IMG/VR virus record: IMGVR_UViG_3300036778_000019
Coordinates: 1-59,365 of that record
From: a virus
Lineage: Duplodnaviria; Caudoviricetes
DNA length: 59,365 bases
Reading direction: 5' to 3' (one strand)
Below, in pieces: positions 18,463 to 28,331 of this stretch (position 1 is its first letter; each line of letters starts with the position of its first letter). Both the position numbers and the translations under genes were made by a program. Below the pieces are notes generated by a model. That model had not been told where the DNA came from. It did not search any database and saw only the letters and a program-made list of their open reading frames with translations.

Positions 18463-19088
18463 TCATCGTGTCCACCAACACGAGTGCGACGGGCGGTTTC
18501 CTTATTCCAGTCGATCTGAATGGGGCGCTGTCCGACCAACAGTTAGAGGATCTGCTACAGGCGTGGATCGTCGGGCTGACTCAACTCGATCCTGAACTGG
18601 TGCGCCCTGCATGGCAACCCGACCCGCCGCCGATACCGGACTTCAACTGCCCCTGCTGGGCGGCGTTCTCGATTACGCGGACGATCAGCGATTGGGACCC
18701 GGTGGTGCAGCACTTCTCCGGCGCTGGCTTGCCGAACGGCGATACCGTCTTCCGCAATCAGGAGATCGAGATGACGGTTACGTTCTATGGGAGCAAGGCG
18801 GGAGACAGTGCGCTGGCGCTTCGCATGGGTGCAGGCATCCGTCAGAACTCCGAGTTCATCGATCCCGTCAAGCTGGTATCGATCGATGACCAGATCACAA
18901 TGTCGGAGACGATCAAGGGGCGCTGGCAGCGGCGTGTAGACGTGGGGATTCACTTGCGTCGCCCCGTACAATTTACCTATGCGGTGCTGGACGTAGGCGG
19001 CGTCTACGGAACCATTTACTCAGACGCCCCGCCGATAGATTGGGAAGTAACTCCGGACTCTTTGATCCATAGGAAAGGAGACTGCTAA
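18459..19088 (+). CDS. Tail terminator / neck protein
   Basis: Synteny before sheath; LVRPAWQPDPP..P. Confidence 0.8.
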   Translation: MIIVSTNTSATGGFLIPVDLNGALSDQQLEDLLQAWIVGLTQLDPELVRPAWQPDPPPIPDFNCPCWAAFSITRTISDWDPVVQHFSGAGLPNGDTVFRNQEIEMTVTFYGSKAGDSALALRMGAGIRQNSEFIDPVKLVSIDDQITMSETIKGRWQRRVDVGIHLRRPVQFTYAVLDVGGVYGTIYSDAPPIDWEVTPDSLIHRKGDC

Positions 19089-20698
19089 TGGGAAGCATTG
19101 CCCTGCCAATCAGCGGCCTCGTCAACGTTCAGGTGAGTGTAGCGGCGGCAGCATCGCAGGCTCAGAACACGACCTCCATGCTCCTGTTGACGAACAATCA
19201 GGTGATCGACCTACAGCACCGCCTGCTTAAGTTCTCTTCGCTTTCCGAAGTCGGTCAGGCTTTCGGATCAGACGGCATCGAGTACGATGCTGCGACCCTA
19301 TGGTTCGCTCAGCGCCCGCAGCCAACCGATATCCTTATCGGGCGGTGGGTGAAGACCGCAGCCGCAGGTGTGCTCGTCGGAGCCACACTGACGCCGGATC
19401 AGCAAGCTATCGGCAACTGGACTTCGATCACGACGGGCAAGCTCAACATCGCAGTTAACAACTTTGCCCCCATCGAGGTTGACAGTCTCGACTTCTCGAC
19501 GCAGACCAACCTGAACGGCGTTGCCGAAGTCATCAATGAAGCCATGACGGCGGCGGGTGTGCAGGCAACCTGCGTCTGGAACGGCAACAACTTCCAGTTC
19601 GCTTCACGCACCCTCGGCGTTGCTTCGTCGATCAACATCCTCCGCATCATGGTCGAGGAGCCGGACGAAGAAGATGATGATGAAGAGGATACGACTCCGG
19701 CGACACAGCCGCAGACTCGGCAGGCGAAGGATGCGACGGTTGCGGTAGACCCGCAGGTCGAGGTTCCCGACCCTGATGACATCTCGTTTCAGATGGGCGT
19801 GACGTCGGATAACCCCGGGCAGTTCACGGTACAAGGTGCTGATCCCGAGACGGCGCTCGATGCCGTCAATCTCTTCGATCTCAACTTCGGCTATCAGTGG
19901 TACGCGATGGTGATCCCCGAAGCCACAGATGCGGACCACCTTCAGGTGGCTCCGGCCATTCAGGCAATGACGACGAAGCACTTCTACGGCATCACCAGTC
20001 AGGACACGCGGATTCTGGATTCGACCAGCCGCGCCGATATCGCTTACCTGTTGGCGCAGCAGGCTTTGACTCACGCCGCCGTCCAGTTCTCGTCTACGTC
20101 TCCGTACGCAGTAGTGTCGATGCTGGCGCGTATTCTCACCACGGACTACAGCCAGAACTCTTCCGTCATTACGCTGATGTACAAGCAGCAGCCGGGCGTG
20201 ACGGCCGAGTTCCTGAATCGGACGCAACTGAGTGCGGTGCTGGACAAGAACTGCAACGTCTTCGTGGCCTATCAGGGTGGCGCTCTGATCATCCAGCCGG
20301 GAACCACGACGTCTACGAACCAGTTCATCGACACCATCATCGGTCTCGACAATCTGGCTATTGAGATCCAACTCAACATCTTCAACCTGCTCTACACGAC
20401 GGCGACGAAGATCCCGCAGACGGACGCAGGCATGAACCAGATCATCTCCGCAGCCGAACAGATCTTGCTCAACTACGTCGAGGATGGCCTACTCGCGCCG
20501 GGAGTGTGGACTGACTACGGATTCGGCAAGCTGACGACGGGCGACTTCGTGGAAAAGGGCTACTACATCTATTGCCCGCCACTGTCGCAGCAGAGTTCGG
20601 CTGATCGCGCAAAACGTATGGCGGGGCCGATGAAGATCGCCGTCAAGCTTGCTGGAGCAATTCATACGGTGGATGCGTCCATCGAGGTCAATCCATAA
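19088..20698 (+). CDS. Tail sheath protein (DUF3383)
   Basis: ITLMYKQQPGV, KIPQTDAG, KGYYIY, KLAGAIH. Confidence 0.93.
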   Translation: MGSIALPISGLVNVQVSVAAAASQAQNTTSMLLLTNNQVIDLQHRLLKFSSLSEVGQAFGSDGIEYDAATLWFAQRPQPTDILIGRWVKTAAAGVLVGATLTPDQQAIGNWTSITTGKLNIAVNNFAPIEVDSLDFSTQTNLNGVAEVINEAMTAAGVQATCVWNGNNFQFASRTLGVASSINILRIMVEEPDEEDDDEEDTTPATQPQTRQAKDATVAVDPQVEVPDPDDISFQMGVTSDNPGQFTVQGADPETALDAVNLFDLNFGYQWYAMVIPEATDADHLQVAPAIQAMTTKHFYGITSQDTRILDSTSRADIAYLLAQQALTHAAVQFSSTSPYAVVSMLARILTTDYSQNSSVITLMYKQQPGVTAEFLNRTQLSAVLDKNCNVFVAYQGGALIIQPGTTTSTNQFIDTIIGLDNLAIEIQLNIFNLLYTTATKIPQTDAGMNQIISAAEQILLNYVEDGLLAPGVWTDYGFGKLTTGDFVEKGYYIYCPPLSQQSSADRAKRMAGPMKIAVKLAGAIHTVDASIEVNP

Positions 20699-20708
20699 GG
20701 AGAAGGCT

Positions 20709-21164
20709 ATGGCAGATTTTCCGCTACCGACTTATTCATTCCTCGACGTGTACGGCACCATCGTCGGTCCCGGCCTCTCTGCGAGCTTCGGCAATGCCAG
20801 CGGACAGGCTGACGAGGGCATCACCTTCGAGCCGCTGGAAGACAAGAACCGGATGACGCCGGGAGCTTCTGGTGAAGTCATGCACACGCTGGTTGGCGTC
20901 GACGCCGCGCACTGCACCATCCACGTCCTGAAGACTTCTCCGCTCAACGGGCAGTTGAACGCGGCCTATAACTATCAGAAACAGTCCTCACTCTACTGGG
21001 GGCAGAACACGATCACGGTCACCAACCCTGTCTCTGGCGACCACTACACCTGCGCTCAGGTAGCATTTACCCGCCGACCACCGAACTCGTACGCGAAGGA
21101 GACCGTGCCTGTGGTGTGGGAATTTGAGGTTGGGCATCTCTACGTCGTACTTGGTGCCGGGTGA
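20709..21164 (+). CDS. Tail tube protein (DUF3277)
   Basis: YSFLDV...GPG...EGIT...GEVMH...LKTSP.N. Confidence 0.9.
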   Translation: MADFPLPTYSFLDVYGTIVGPGLSASFGNASGQADEGITFEPLEDKNRMTPGASGEVMHTLVGVDAAHCTIHVLKTSPLNGQLNAAYNYQKQSSLYWGQNTITVTNPVSGDHYTCAQVAFTRRPPNSYAKETVPVVWEFEVGHLYVVLGAG

Positions 21165-21210
21165 GTAACCTGATAGGGTTACAATTCGCTCATACCGGAG
21201 GACTGCGCCA

Positions 21211-21678
21211 ATGGATCCCTTCGTAGCTATCACCGAGATCGACGGGAAGACGTATCAGATCAGCCGTCTCACCCCCAAAAAAGCTTTCCACGTTGCCCGA
21301 CGACTGGCTCCTTTTCTCGGAGCCATTCTCCCCCACCTCCGTAGCCTGTTCGAGAAGGGCGAAGACGGCAAGCTGCCCGCCGCCGATACCTTTCTCGAAC
21401 GCGGCGCGGAGCTTCTTCCCGCCATAGCCGATATCATCGCCAAGATGCCGAACGATGACTGCGACTTCATCATCGATACTTGTCTCTCCGTCGTCGCAGT
21501 CAAGCAGGATCGCGGCTACGCTCCAATCATGTCGAATAGCCTGATGATGTTCGACTTCGTCGATATGAAGGTCATGCTGCAACTGACGGCTGAGGTGGTG
21601 AAGGTGAATCTGGCCGATTTTTTTCCTACCAGCCCGCCACCGGGATCAGGCGCGGCAACGGCAATGGTGATGCAGTAA
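21211..21678 (+). CDS. Tail assembly chaperone (gpG-like)
   Basis: Between tube and tape measure; FHVARRLAP...NLADFF. Confidence 0.85.
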   Translation: MDPFVAITEIDGKTYQISRLTPKKAFHVARRLAPFLGAILPHLRSLFEKGEDGKLPAADTFLERGAELLPAIADIIAKMPNDDCDFIIDTCLSVVAVKQDRGYAPIMSNSLMMFDFVDMKVMLQLTAEVVKVNLADFFPTSPPPGSGAATAMVMQ

Positions 21679-21887
21679 ACCTGACTCAGACCGGATGCGC
21701 GGAGGACTGGCTCTTGCGTCCGGTTCTGGCGGGCGTCATCCGCTACGAGGTGCTGCTAACGACAGAACTGACGCTGCTCGATGTGGCCATCATCAATGAC
21801 GCCCTAGACGTTCAGAACGAGAATGACCGCCGCCTGTGGGAGCACGAGGAGCGGGAGCGGAGATTAGAGCGGGGCTGGAGGCGATAG
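21618..21887 (+). CDS. Tail assembly chaperone -1 frameshift extension (gpT / DUF6889-like; not in ORF track)
   Basis: T7 run at 21618-21624; -1 frame open to TAG 21887, encoding EDWLLRPVLAG...LLDVAIINDALDVQNEN. Confidence 0.85.
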   Translation, partial: FFSYQPATGIRRGNGNGDAVNLTQTGCAEDWLLRPVLAGVIRYEVLLTTELTLLDVAIINDALDVQNENDRRLWEHEERERRLERGWRR

Positions 21888-21889
21888 CA

Positions 21890-23914
21890 GTGGCTACGGG
21901 CGCAGACGTTCTCAAGGAATTTGTCGTAGCTATCGGCTTCAAGGTCGATGAGAACTCGGTACGGAAATTCACCAAGACATTTGATCGCGTCGTTACTGGC
22001 CTGACTACGGTTGCGGCTTCAGTCGCAGCGGCTGGCCTCGCCATCGCTACGCACGTCAACCGCGTGTCGAGCAACTTCGAAAAGATGTACTACACGGCGC
22101 AGCGTGTCGGTACGACGGTCAAATCGCTTCAAGAAGTCCAGTACGCAGCACAGCAGATCGGCGTCTCGGCTGATGAGGTAACCAGCCAGATCAACAGCCT
22201 TTACATGACGCTGAAGCGCAACCCCGGCACCGCAGGAATCTTGGCCGGGATTGGCGTGAATACGCAGGAGACGGATTCGGTCAAGCTGTACATGGATTTC
22301 CTCGACAAGATGCAGCACCTGCCCGACTCGACCAAGATCCAGATGGGAGATATCTTCGGGCAGGATGCGCAGACGATGCTTCAGATTATGCGCAATCCGG
22401 CTCAGTTCCGCGCCAAGGTGGAGGAGCGGCGACGGATGACGGAGGCGGCGGGAGTCGATCCGGACGAGCAGGCACGGAAGGCCGTCGAGTATCAGAACGC
22501 GCTGCGCAAGCTCAACGAGCAGTTGATGATCTTCGGCGGCATCATTGCGGAGAAGCTTCTCCCTTACATGGAGCGGCTGACTACGGCGGCGATTAGCGCG
22601 GTGGAATGGATCAGCAAGCTCGACCCGAAGCTTCTGGCCTTGATAACCACTATCGGAGGCTTCCTGCTCATCCTCGGCGCGTTGGGAACGGCCATCGGTG
22701 CCATCTCGGCTGTGCTTGGTCCAGTGGTGGGGATCTTCACTTCACTGGCCGGAGCAATAGGCTCTGTCGGCGCAGCAGCCGGGGGAGCCGCCGCCGCTGG
22801 CGCAACCGGAGCCGCAGGTGCTGGTGTAGCAGGCGGCGCAACCGCTGCCATTGCCTCCGTAGCCGCTGTCGTTGTCCCAATAGTGCTAGGCGCTATCGCC
22901 GCGCTCGGCATCGCCTACATCCTGAAGCAGACGGGTGTAGCGGATGCGATGCAGAAGTGGGGCGAAGAACACTCCGTCGAGAAGACGTGGGAGAAGCTGA
23001 AGGGCTTGCTTGGCATCCGGCAGGACGAACGCAAAGCGGATGCTGCTGAGGCGACGCCGGGGAATCTGGATCAGTTCCGCTCGTCGATTGGCAAGGCCGA
23101 TGAGTGGTTCGAGCAGCAGAAAAACAAGTGGACGGACGGCATTGATAAGTTCCGCGCTGCGGTGGGCCGCGCCGATCAGTGGGTCGCAGACAAGGGTGAC
23201 AAGTTCGCCGCAGGCATTGAGGCATTTCGTGGCTCGGTGGGCAAGGCTGATGAGTGGGTGGCGCAGAAGGGCAAGGGTGCGGTTGAGTTCGGTCAGAAGC
23301 TGCTCGGCGCAGGAGCAACGCTATCGCAGAAGCTGGTCGCGGGATTCGAGGGTTGGGCCGCGAAGGCGTATCCGGATGCGGGCAAAATGTCTATCGGCTT
23401 CGGTCACCAGATCAAGCCGGGCGAAGAGGGCTTGCTCTCGCGGAATTTGAGCAAGGAAGAAGGCCAACAGCTACTGGCGCAGGACGTAGGCAAGCACGAG
23501 GCTGCGGTCCGCAACCTGACGCAGGGGCTAGGGCTGAACGAGAAGATGATCGCCGCTCTGACCAGCCTGCACTACAACATGGGCAAGATGGGCGAGACGA
23601 TGACGCAAAAGCTTCAGTCCGGCGACTTCGAGGGTGCGGCCAAGGCGTTTGAACTTTACAACCGCAGTCAGGGGCAGGTGAATCAGGGGCTGGTCTCGCG
23701 CAGAGCACAGGAGCAAGCACAGTTCCTCGAAGGGCTGAGAGACATGCGCTCTGAGCAAGGGCAGGGAGGCAATACGGGCGCACAGTTGCATCAGGAGACA
23801 ACGATCAACATCAACGGCGCCGGAGATCCCCAGCGAGTCGCTAGGGCGGTCACGGATGAACAGTCGCGGGTGAACCAGTCGATGACGCGGAACATGCAAG
23901 CGAGGACGGCATGA
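21890..23914 (+). CDS. Tape measure protein with C-terminal GH24 lysozyme domain
   Basis: LKEFVVAIGFKVDE start; TM region; FEGWAAKAYPDAGKMSIGFGH...ALTSLHYNMG...GLVSRRAQE. Confidence 0.9.
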   Translation: MATGADVLKEFVVAIGFKVDENSVRKFTKTFDRVVTGLTTVAASVAAAGLAIATHVNRVSSNFEKMYYTAQRVGTTVKSLQEVQYAAQQIGVSADEVTSQINSLYMTLKRNPGTAGILAGIGVNTQETDSVKLYMDFLDKMQHLPDSTKIQMGDIFGQDAQTMLQIMRNPAQFRAKVEERRRMTEAAGVDPDEQARKAVEYQNALRKLNEQLMIFGGIIAEKLLPYMERLTTAAISAVEWISKLDPKLLALITTIGGFLLILGALGTAIGAISAVLGPVVGIFTSLAGAIGSVGAAAGGAAAAGATGAAGAGVAGGATAAIASVAAVVVPIVLGAIAALGIAYILKQTGVADAMQKWGEEHSVEKTWEKLKGLLGIRQDERKADAAEATPGNLDQFRSSIGKADEWFEQQKNKWTDGIDKFRAAVGRADQWVADKGDKFAAGIEAFRGSVGKADEWVAQKGKGAVEFGQKLLGAGATLSQKLVAGFEGWAAKAYPDAGKMSIGFGHQIKPGEEGLLSRNLSKEEGQQLLAQDVGKHEAAVRNLTQGLGLNEKMIAALTSLHYNMGKMGETMTQKLQSGDFEGAAKAFELYNRSQGQVNQGLVSRRAQEQAQFLEGLRDMRSEQGQGGNTGAQLHQETTININGAGDPQRVARAVTDEQSRVNQSMTRNMQARTA

Positions 23915-24609
23915 TGGATACCTTTCTCACGCCGCGAACTCTCATACCGGACACCTTTTCATCGACTGCGCTCTCAGCCATCCCCTTCGATGAGGCGCTG
24001 TCGCCGCAGGCGTCGGTTGACTCGAACCAGCTTGGCGAACCTGACTTCCGCGTGACGCTGATACGTTCGCTGGGCGGTGTCTATCCCGACGTCACGATTG
24101 AGGAGGAGCACTCCGATCAGCTTGTCGTGACCGACCATCCGGTACAGGGTTCGCAGTCAGGCAATGCGACCATCTCGGACCACGCCTACAAGCTGCCTGC
24201 GGAGATCGTGATTACCTACGGCTGGTCTCCAAGTGGAGCAGGGAACTCGACAGGCTCAACGACCTACCTCAATGATATTTACAGCCAGATCTTGACCCTG
24301 CAATCGACTCGCGCCATCTTCAACGTCTACACCGGGCGTAGAACCTACCAGAACATGATCCTTCAGGCCGTCAGCATGACGACGGATCGCAACACTGAGA
24401 ACGCGCTCATCGTGCGCATGATCTGTCGTGAGATCCTTTTCGTCGAGACGCAGACCGTAGAGGTGTCACTCGACCCGACGACGCAGATAAATCCGGAGCG
24501 AACGCTTGGCGTCAGCCAGCGCGGCGTCCAGCCGCTGCAACAAGGTTCGAGCTTCAACCGTGGAGCAGCTACAGGGCTGGCAGGTATCGGCGCAGGATTC
24601 GGAGGCTAG
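23911..24609 (+). CDS. Baseplate / distal-tail (Dit-like) protein
   Basis: EEHSD...TDHPV...ISDHAY; TGRRTYQNM. Confidence 0.85.
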   Translation: MMDTFLTPRTLIPDTFSSTALSAIPFDEALSPQASVDSNQLGEPDFRVTLIRSLGGVYPDVTIEEEHSDQLVVTDHPVQGSQSGNATISDHAYKLPAEIVITYGWSPSGAGNSTGSTTYLNDIYSQILTLQSTRAIFNVYTGRRTYQNMILQAVSMTTDRNTENALIVRMICREILFVETQTVEVSLDPTTQINPERTLGVSQRGVQPLQQGSSFNRGAATGLAGIGAGFGG

Positions 24610-24954
24610 ATGAGTACGCAGCTACAGGTGTTTGAGATCCCGCTGGTATCGGTTCCGCAGGAGCTTCAGGTGACGCTCTCCGGCGTGGACTATCGGGTGC
24701 GGATTACATGGTGCTGGCCAATCCAGTGCTGGATCATGGATATCTACGACGCGGCGACGCTCGATCCCATCCTGCTCGGCAATGCGGTTGTGACCGGAGC
24801 CGATCTCTTGGCGCAGTTCGCTTATCTGGAGTTCCCCGGCAGGCTTGTCGTCCAGACCGATCACGACAGGCTGGCGCAGCCAACGTTCGAGAACCTTGGT
24901 TCGCTCTCGCACCTCTTCTACATCCCCAACGACCAAGGAGATACCAGTGGCTGA
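24610..24954 (+). CDS. Baseplate plug-like protein
   Basis: EIPL...PQ...VTGADLLAQF.YL...PTFENLG. Confidence 0.8.
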   Translation: MSTQLQVFEIPLVSVPQELQVTLSGVDYRVRITWCWPIQCWIMDIYDAATLDPILLGNAVVTGADLLAQFAYLEFPGRLVVQTDHDRLAQPTFENLGSLSHLFYIPNDQGDTSG

Positions 24955-25951
24955 TGTGGTGAGCACGAATCCGGATATCTCGGTCATCCCCGAAGGGCGG
25001 CAATGGCTGCGCAAAGTCCAGTTGATCGTCGCCAAGCGTGGCCGTCCGCAACAGCTTGTCGCTGATGGCCTCGATCTCTCTGAGCTTCACTTCCGCTTTC
25101 AGGTCACGTCAGCCGATATCGAGACGCCGAACCTGATGACGGTGAGGGTCTACAACCTCGACGCCGAGACGATGCGCTCTATCGTAAAGGAATACGATCA
25201 GGTGTCGCTCTCCGCAGGCTACGTCTACTCCAACTTCAGCCTGATCTTCACCGGAACTATCCGGCAGTTTCGCCGTGGCCGGGAGAGTGCCGTAGACAGC
25301 TTTCTGGAGATCCTTGCAGCAGACAACGACCTCGGCTACAACTTCGGCTTCATCAACACCACGATCTCACCAGACCAGCAGGCGGCGACGTGGTTGGACA
25401 TCTACCGCCAGTGCGCCGGATCGATGAGTGCTCAGGTAGACCCGCAGACCGTCGAGATGCTACAGCGCGAGGCAGGAACGCAGGGCAATATCTTCGTGCC
25501 GCGAGGCAGAGTGTTGTACGGCATGACGCGGAGCATCATGCGAACGCTGGCTGACTCTATCGACGCGACGTGGAGCGTCCAGAACGGCGTTCTGATCGTG
25601 ACCAAGAATACGGGCGTTCGCGCCGGGACAGCGATATCGCTGGGGCCGGATACTGGCCTGATCGGTGTACCGGAGACGACGGACTCGGGGGTTGAAGCCC
25701 GCTGCCTGCTCAACCCGCAGATCAGGATTGGGGTACAAGTTTCGATAGCGTCGAACCTGATCAACGAGACGACGCAGTTGAACCGTTTCCGGCCTACCCT
25801 AGCGCCTATCGCAACGCTGGCAAATAATTCCCTCTATCGCGTCCTTGCAATCGAGCACACAGGCGATACACGCGGGCAGGAGTGGTATACGGACATCATT
25901 GGACTCGCGCTGGATCCATCTCTGACCGTAACCAGCGGAGCGGCACAATGA
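24947..25951 (+). CDS. Baseplate hub protein
   Basis: VRVYNL, LSAGY, TGLIGVP, CLLNP, GDTRGQEWY. Confidence 0.88.
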   Translation: MADVVSTNPDISVIPEGRQWLRKVQLIVAKRGRPQQLVADGLDLSELHFRFQVTSADIETPNLMTVRVYNLDAETMRSIVKEYDQVSLSAGYVYSNFSLIFTGTIRQFRRGRESAVDSFLEILAADNDLGYNFGFINTTISPDQQAATWLDIYRQCAGSMSAQVDPQTVEMLQREAGTQGNIFVPRGRVLYGMTRSIMRTLADSIDATWSVQNGVLIVTKNTGVRAGTAISLGPDTGLIGVPETTDSGVEARCLLNPQIRIGVQVSIASNLINETTQLNRFRPTLAPIATLANNSLYRVLAIEHTGDTRGQEWYTDIIGLALDPSLTVTSGAAQ

Positions 25952-26652
25952 ACCTGACCGAACGGCTCAACGATCCGGAGGAGGCAATCCGCAGTGCCAT
26001 CACCGGAGCTTTGACCGACGTGATGACTTCGTTTCCGGTAGAGATCGTCAGCTTCGACCCTGTGACTAATACGGCCGATGCCAAGATCCTCTCGCAGGTG
26101 CGGGTGCAGCAGAACCGCACCACGCCATCCGGCGATACCCGCTCAGCTATCGACCAGCAAAAAAACCGCGAGAATATCGTCAACGAGTGGAACGATTACC
26201 CGCCGCTGGTCCGTTGTCCCGTCATCTTCATCACCGGGGGCGGCTGTACCGTTCTGGCTCCTCCGCAACCGGGGGACGAGTGTCTGGCACTGTTCGCGCA
26301 GAAGTCTATCGACGACTGGTGGCAGTTCGGTGGAAGCCAGCGGCGCCGCGATCTCCGGCATCACGATCTCGCTGACGCTTTCATACTGGCTGGAGTCCGA
26401 TCCCGGCCTAACGCGGTCCAGAACGTCAACCCGAACGCCTTTGAGATTCGCTCGAAGGATGGGCAGATGTACCTTCGCATCGACGCCAACGGTATAACCA
26501 TCAACGCGCCAACCATTACCATCAACGGCCAGATTGTCAGCAACCAAGGAGCTTCGTTCCAGAACGACGTGACGGCGGCAGGGAAGAGCATGGCCCACCA
26601 CATCCACAGCGGAGTTCAGAGCGGCGGCAGCAACACCGGACCACCTGTTTGA
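25948..26652 (+). CDS. Gp138-family membrane-piercing spike
   Basis: PGDECL..F....ID.WW; R.HDL.DA; C-terminal HIH..V..G...TGPP. Confidence 0.92.
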   Translation: MNLTERLNDPEEAIRSAITGALTDVMTSFPVEIVSFDPVTNTADAKILSQVRVQQNRTTPSGDTRSAIDQQKNRENIVNEWNDYPPLVRCPVIFITGGGCTVLAPPQPGDECLALFAQKSIDDWWQFGGSQRRRDLRHHDLADAFILAGVRSRPNAVQNVNPNAFEIRSKDGQMYLRIDANGITINAPTITINGQIVSNQGASFQNDVTAAGKSMAHHIHSGVQSGGSNTGPPV

Positions 26653-26672
26653 TTTTCCGGTAACCGGAAAAT
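26652..26672. promoter_or_regulatory. 21-bp palindrome, copy 3
   Basis: ATTTTCCGGTAACCGGAAAAT over the expected -35 of TAGACT(26687-26692)-N6-ATG. Confidence 0.85.
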
Positions 26673-26698
26673 TTTGACTCGACCAATAGACTTGAACT

Positions 26699-27109
26699 AT
26701 GAGATATCGCCGCGAAACCGCTACGGGTGATTACGTCTTCGGCCAAGGCGAAGCTGACTTCTTCGTCAACGAGCCTGCGGCAGTGGCGCAGGCGGTCAAG
26801 ACGCGGCTGCGACTCTTTCAGGGAGAGTATTTCCCCGATACAACGGTAGGGATGCCGTGGCAGACGCGGGTGCTCGGCTACAGCAAGCCGGAGACATATG
26901 ACGCAGCCGTCAGGCAGACGATCTCAGCGACAGAGGGCTTCGCCAACTTCGTCACCTACTCAAGCTCGCTCGACAAGGTGTCGCGGTTGTTGACGGTAGA
27001 CAGCAAGATCAACACCAGCTTCTCAGGCCAGCCGTCGCAGATGACGGTAGCGGTTCTGGTCTCTGGTTACGGCATCGGTGGGTATGGAACACGACCTTAC
27101 GGAGATTGA
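26699..27109 (+). CDS. Baseplate wedge / sheath-initiator protein
   Basis: MRYRR....GDY.FG...AVAQAVKTRLRLF.GE.F.DT..G.PW. Confidence 0.85.
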   Translation: MRYRRETATGDYVFGQGEADFFVNEPAAVAQAVKTRLRLFQGEYFPDTTVGMPWQTRVLGYSKPETYDAAVRQTISATEGFANFVTYSSSLDKVSRLLTVDSKINTSFSGQPSQMTVAVLVSGYGIGGYGTRPYGD

Positions 27110-27112
27110 GTT

Positions 27113-28312
27113 ATGTCATCACCGACATTTCCGCTGGCTACGGTTGCAGCAACGGTCACGGCTCAGGGAATTACCGCGCCGACGTTCTCCGATATTCTGT
27201 CCAGCTATCAGGCTTCGGTGCGCTCGATCTTCGGCTCGGATATCTACATCGATCCTGACTCCAAAGACGGCCAGCTTCTGGCTCTCCTCGCGCAAGCGCA
27301 ATTCGATTCCAACCAAGCCGCCATCGCGGTCTATAACAGTTACAATCCGCAAACCGCTCTCGGCGTCTCGCTCGATTCCGCAGTCAAGGTCAACAGTATC
27401 CGGCGACAGGTGGCTACCAACTCGACGGCAGTTCTGCTGATCGTAGGGCAGGCGGAAACGGAGATTTTTCGCGGCATCGCCTCCGACACCTTAGGGCGGC
27501 TGTGGGACTTGCCGACGCAGGTGATCATTCCATCCAACGGCGAGATCCTTGTAACGGCTACGGCAGAGACGCAGGGTGCGCTTCAGGCTTCGGCTAACAC
27601 GATCAACACGGCCTACACGCAGGTCATCGGGTGGCAGAGCGTCACCAATCCCGAAGCGGCTCAGCCGGGCGATCCGGTTGAGTCGGATGGGCAGCTTCGG
27701 GAACGGCAGCGGATATCGACCTCGATCTCGGCCTCGACGACAGCGAGTGCGCTCCTCTCCCGCGTCTCGAACGTGCCGGATGTGCGTAGAGCACAGCTTT
27801 ATGTCAACGACACGGATTCGACCAACGATCTCGGCATCCCCTCGCACAGCTTCGTGATGGTGGTACAGGGGGGAGATCAGACGGCAATAGCACAGGCCAT
27901 CGAAGCGGCCAAGAATGTCGGCGCAGGCACGGCAGGCGATACGCTGGTATCGGTCAACGACCCGCAGGGAATACCGATCGATATTCGCTTCACCGTGCTC
28001 AAGGAGGTTCCGATCACGGTCAACGTTCACATCAAGACCCTGTCCGGCTTCAACGTCTCGTCCGGAGCTACGATTCAGCAGTCGCTGGCTGATTTCGTGA
28101 ACAGCTTGGGCATCGGGGAAGATGTGTTTTACAACTGGATGGTCTCATCGGCCTCGCTCTGCGCCTTGACGGATAAGACGACCTTCGTGGTGACGTCGCT
28201 GACGCAGGCGCGGGACTCTGATCCACTGACGACGAACGATATACCCATTGCCTACGATGAAGCGGCAACGCTCGATCCAAGCAATGTCACTGTGACGCAG
28301 GACATAAGCTGA
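27113..28312 (+). CDS. Baseplate J / gp47 family protein
   Basis: DSKDGQ, TA.G..LD, ESD..LR.R, GIPSHS. Confidence 0.93.
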   Translation: MSSPTFPLATVAATVTAQGITAPTFSDILSSYQASVRSIFGSDIYIDPDSKDGQLLALLAQAQFDSNQAAIAVYNSYNPQTALGVSLDSAVKVNSIRRQVATNSTAVLLIVGQAETEIFRGIASDTLGRLWDLPTQVIIPSNGEILVTATAETQGALQASANTINTAYTQVIGWQSVTNPEAAQPGDPVESDGQLRERQRISTSISASTTASALLSRVSNVPDVRRAQLYVNDTDSTNDLGIPSHSFVMVVQGGDQTAIAQAIEAAKNVGAGTAGDTLVSVNDPQGIPIDIRFTVLKEVPITVNVHIKTLSGFNVSSGATIQQSLADFVNSLGIGEDVFYNWMVSSASLCALTDKTTFVVTSLTQARDSDPLTTNDIPIAYDEAATLDPSNVTVTQDIS

Positions 28313-28331
28313 CGGGCAGAAAGGAAGTCCA

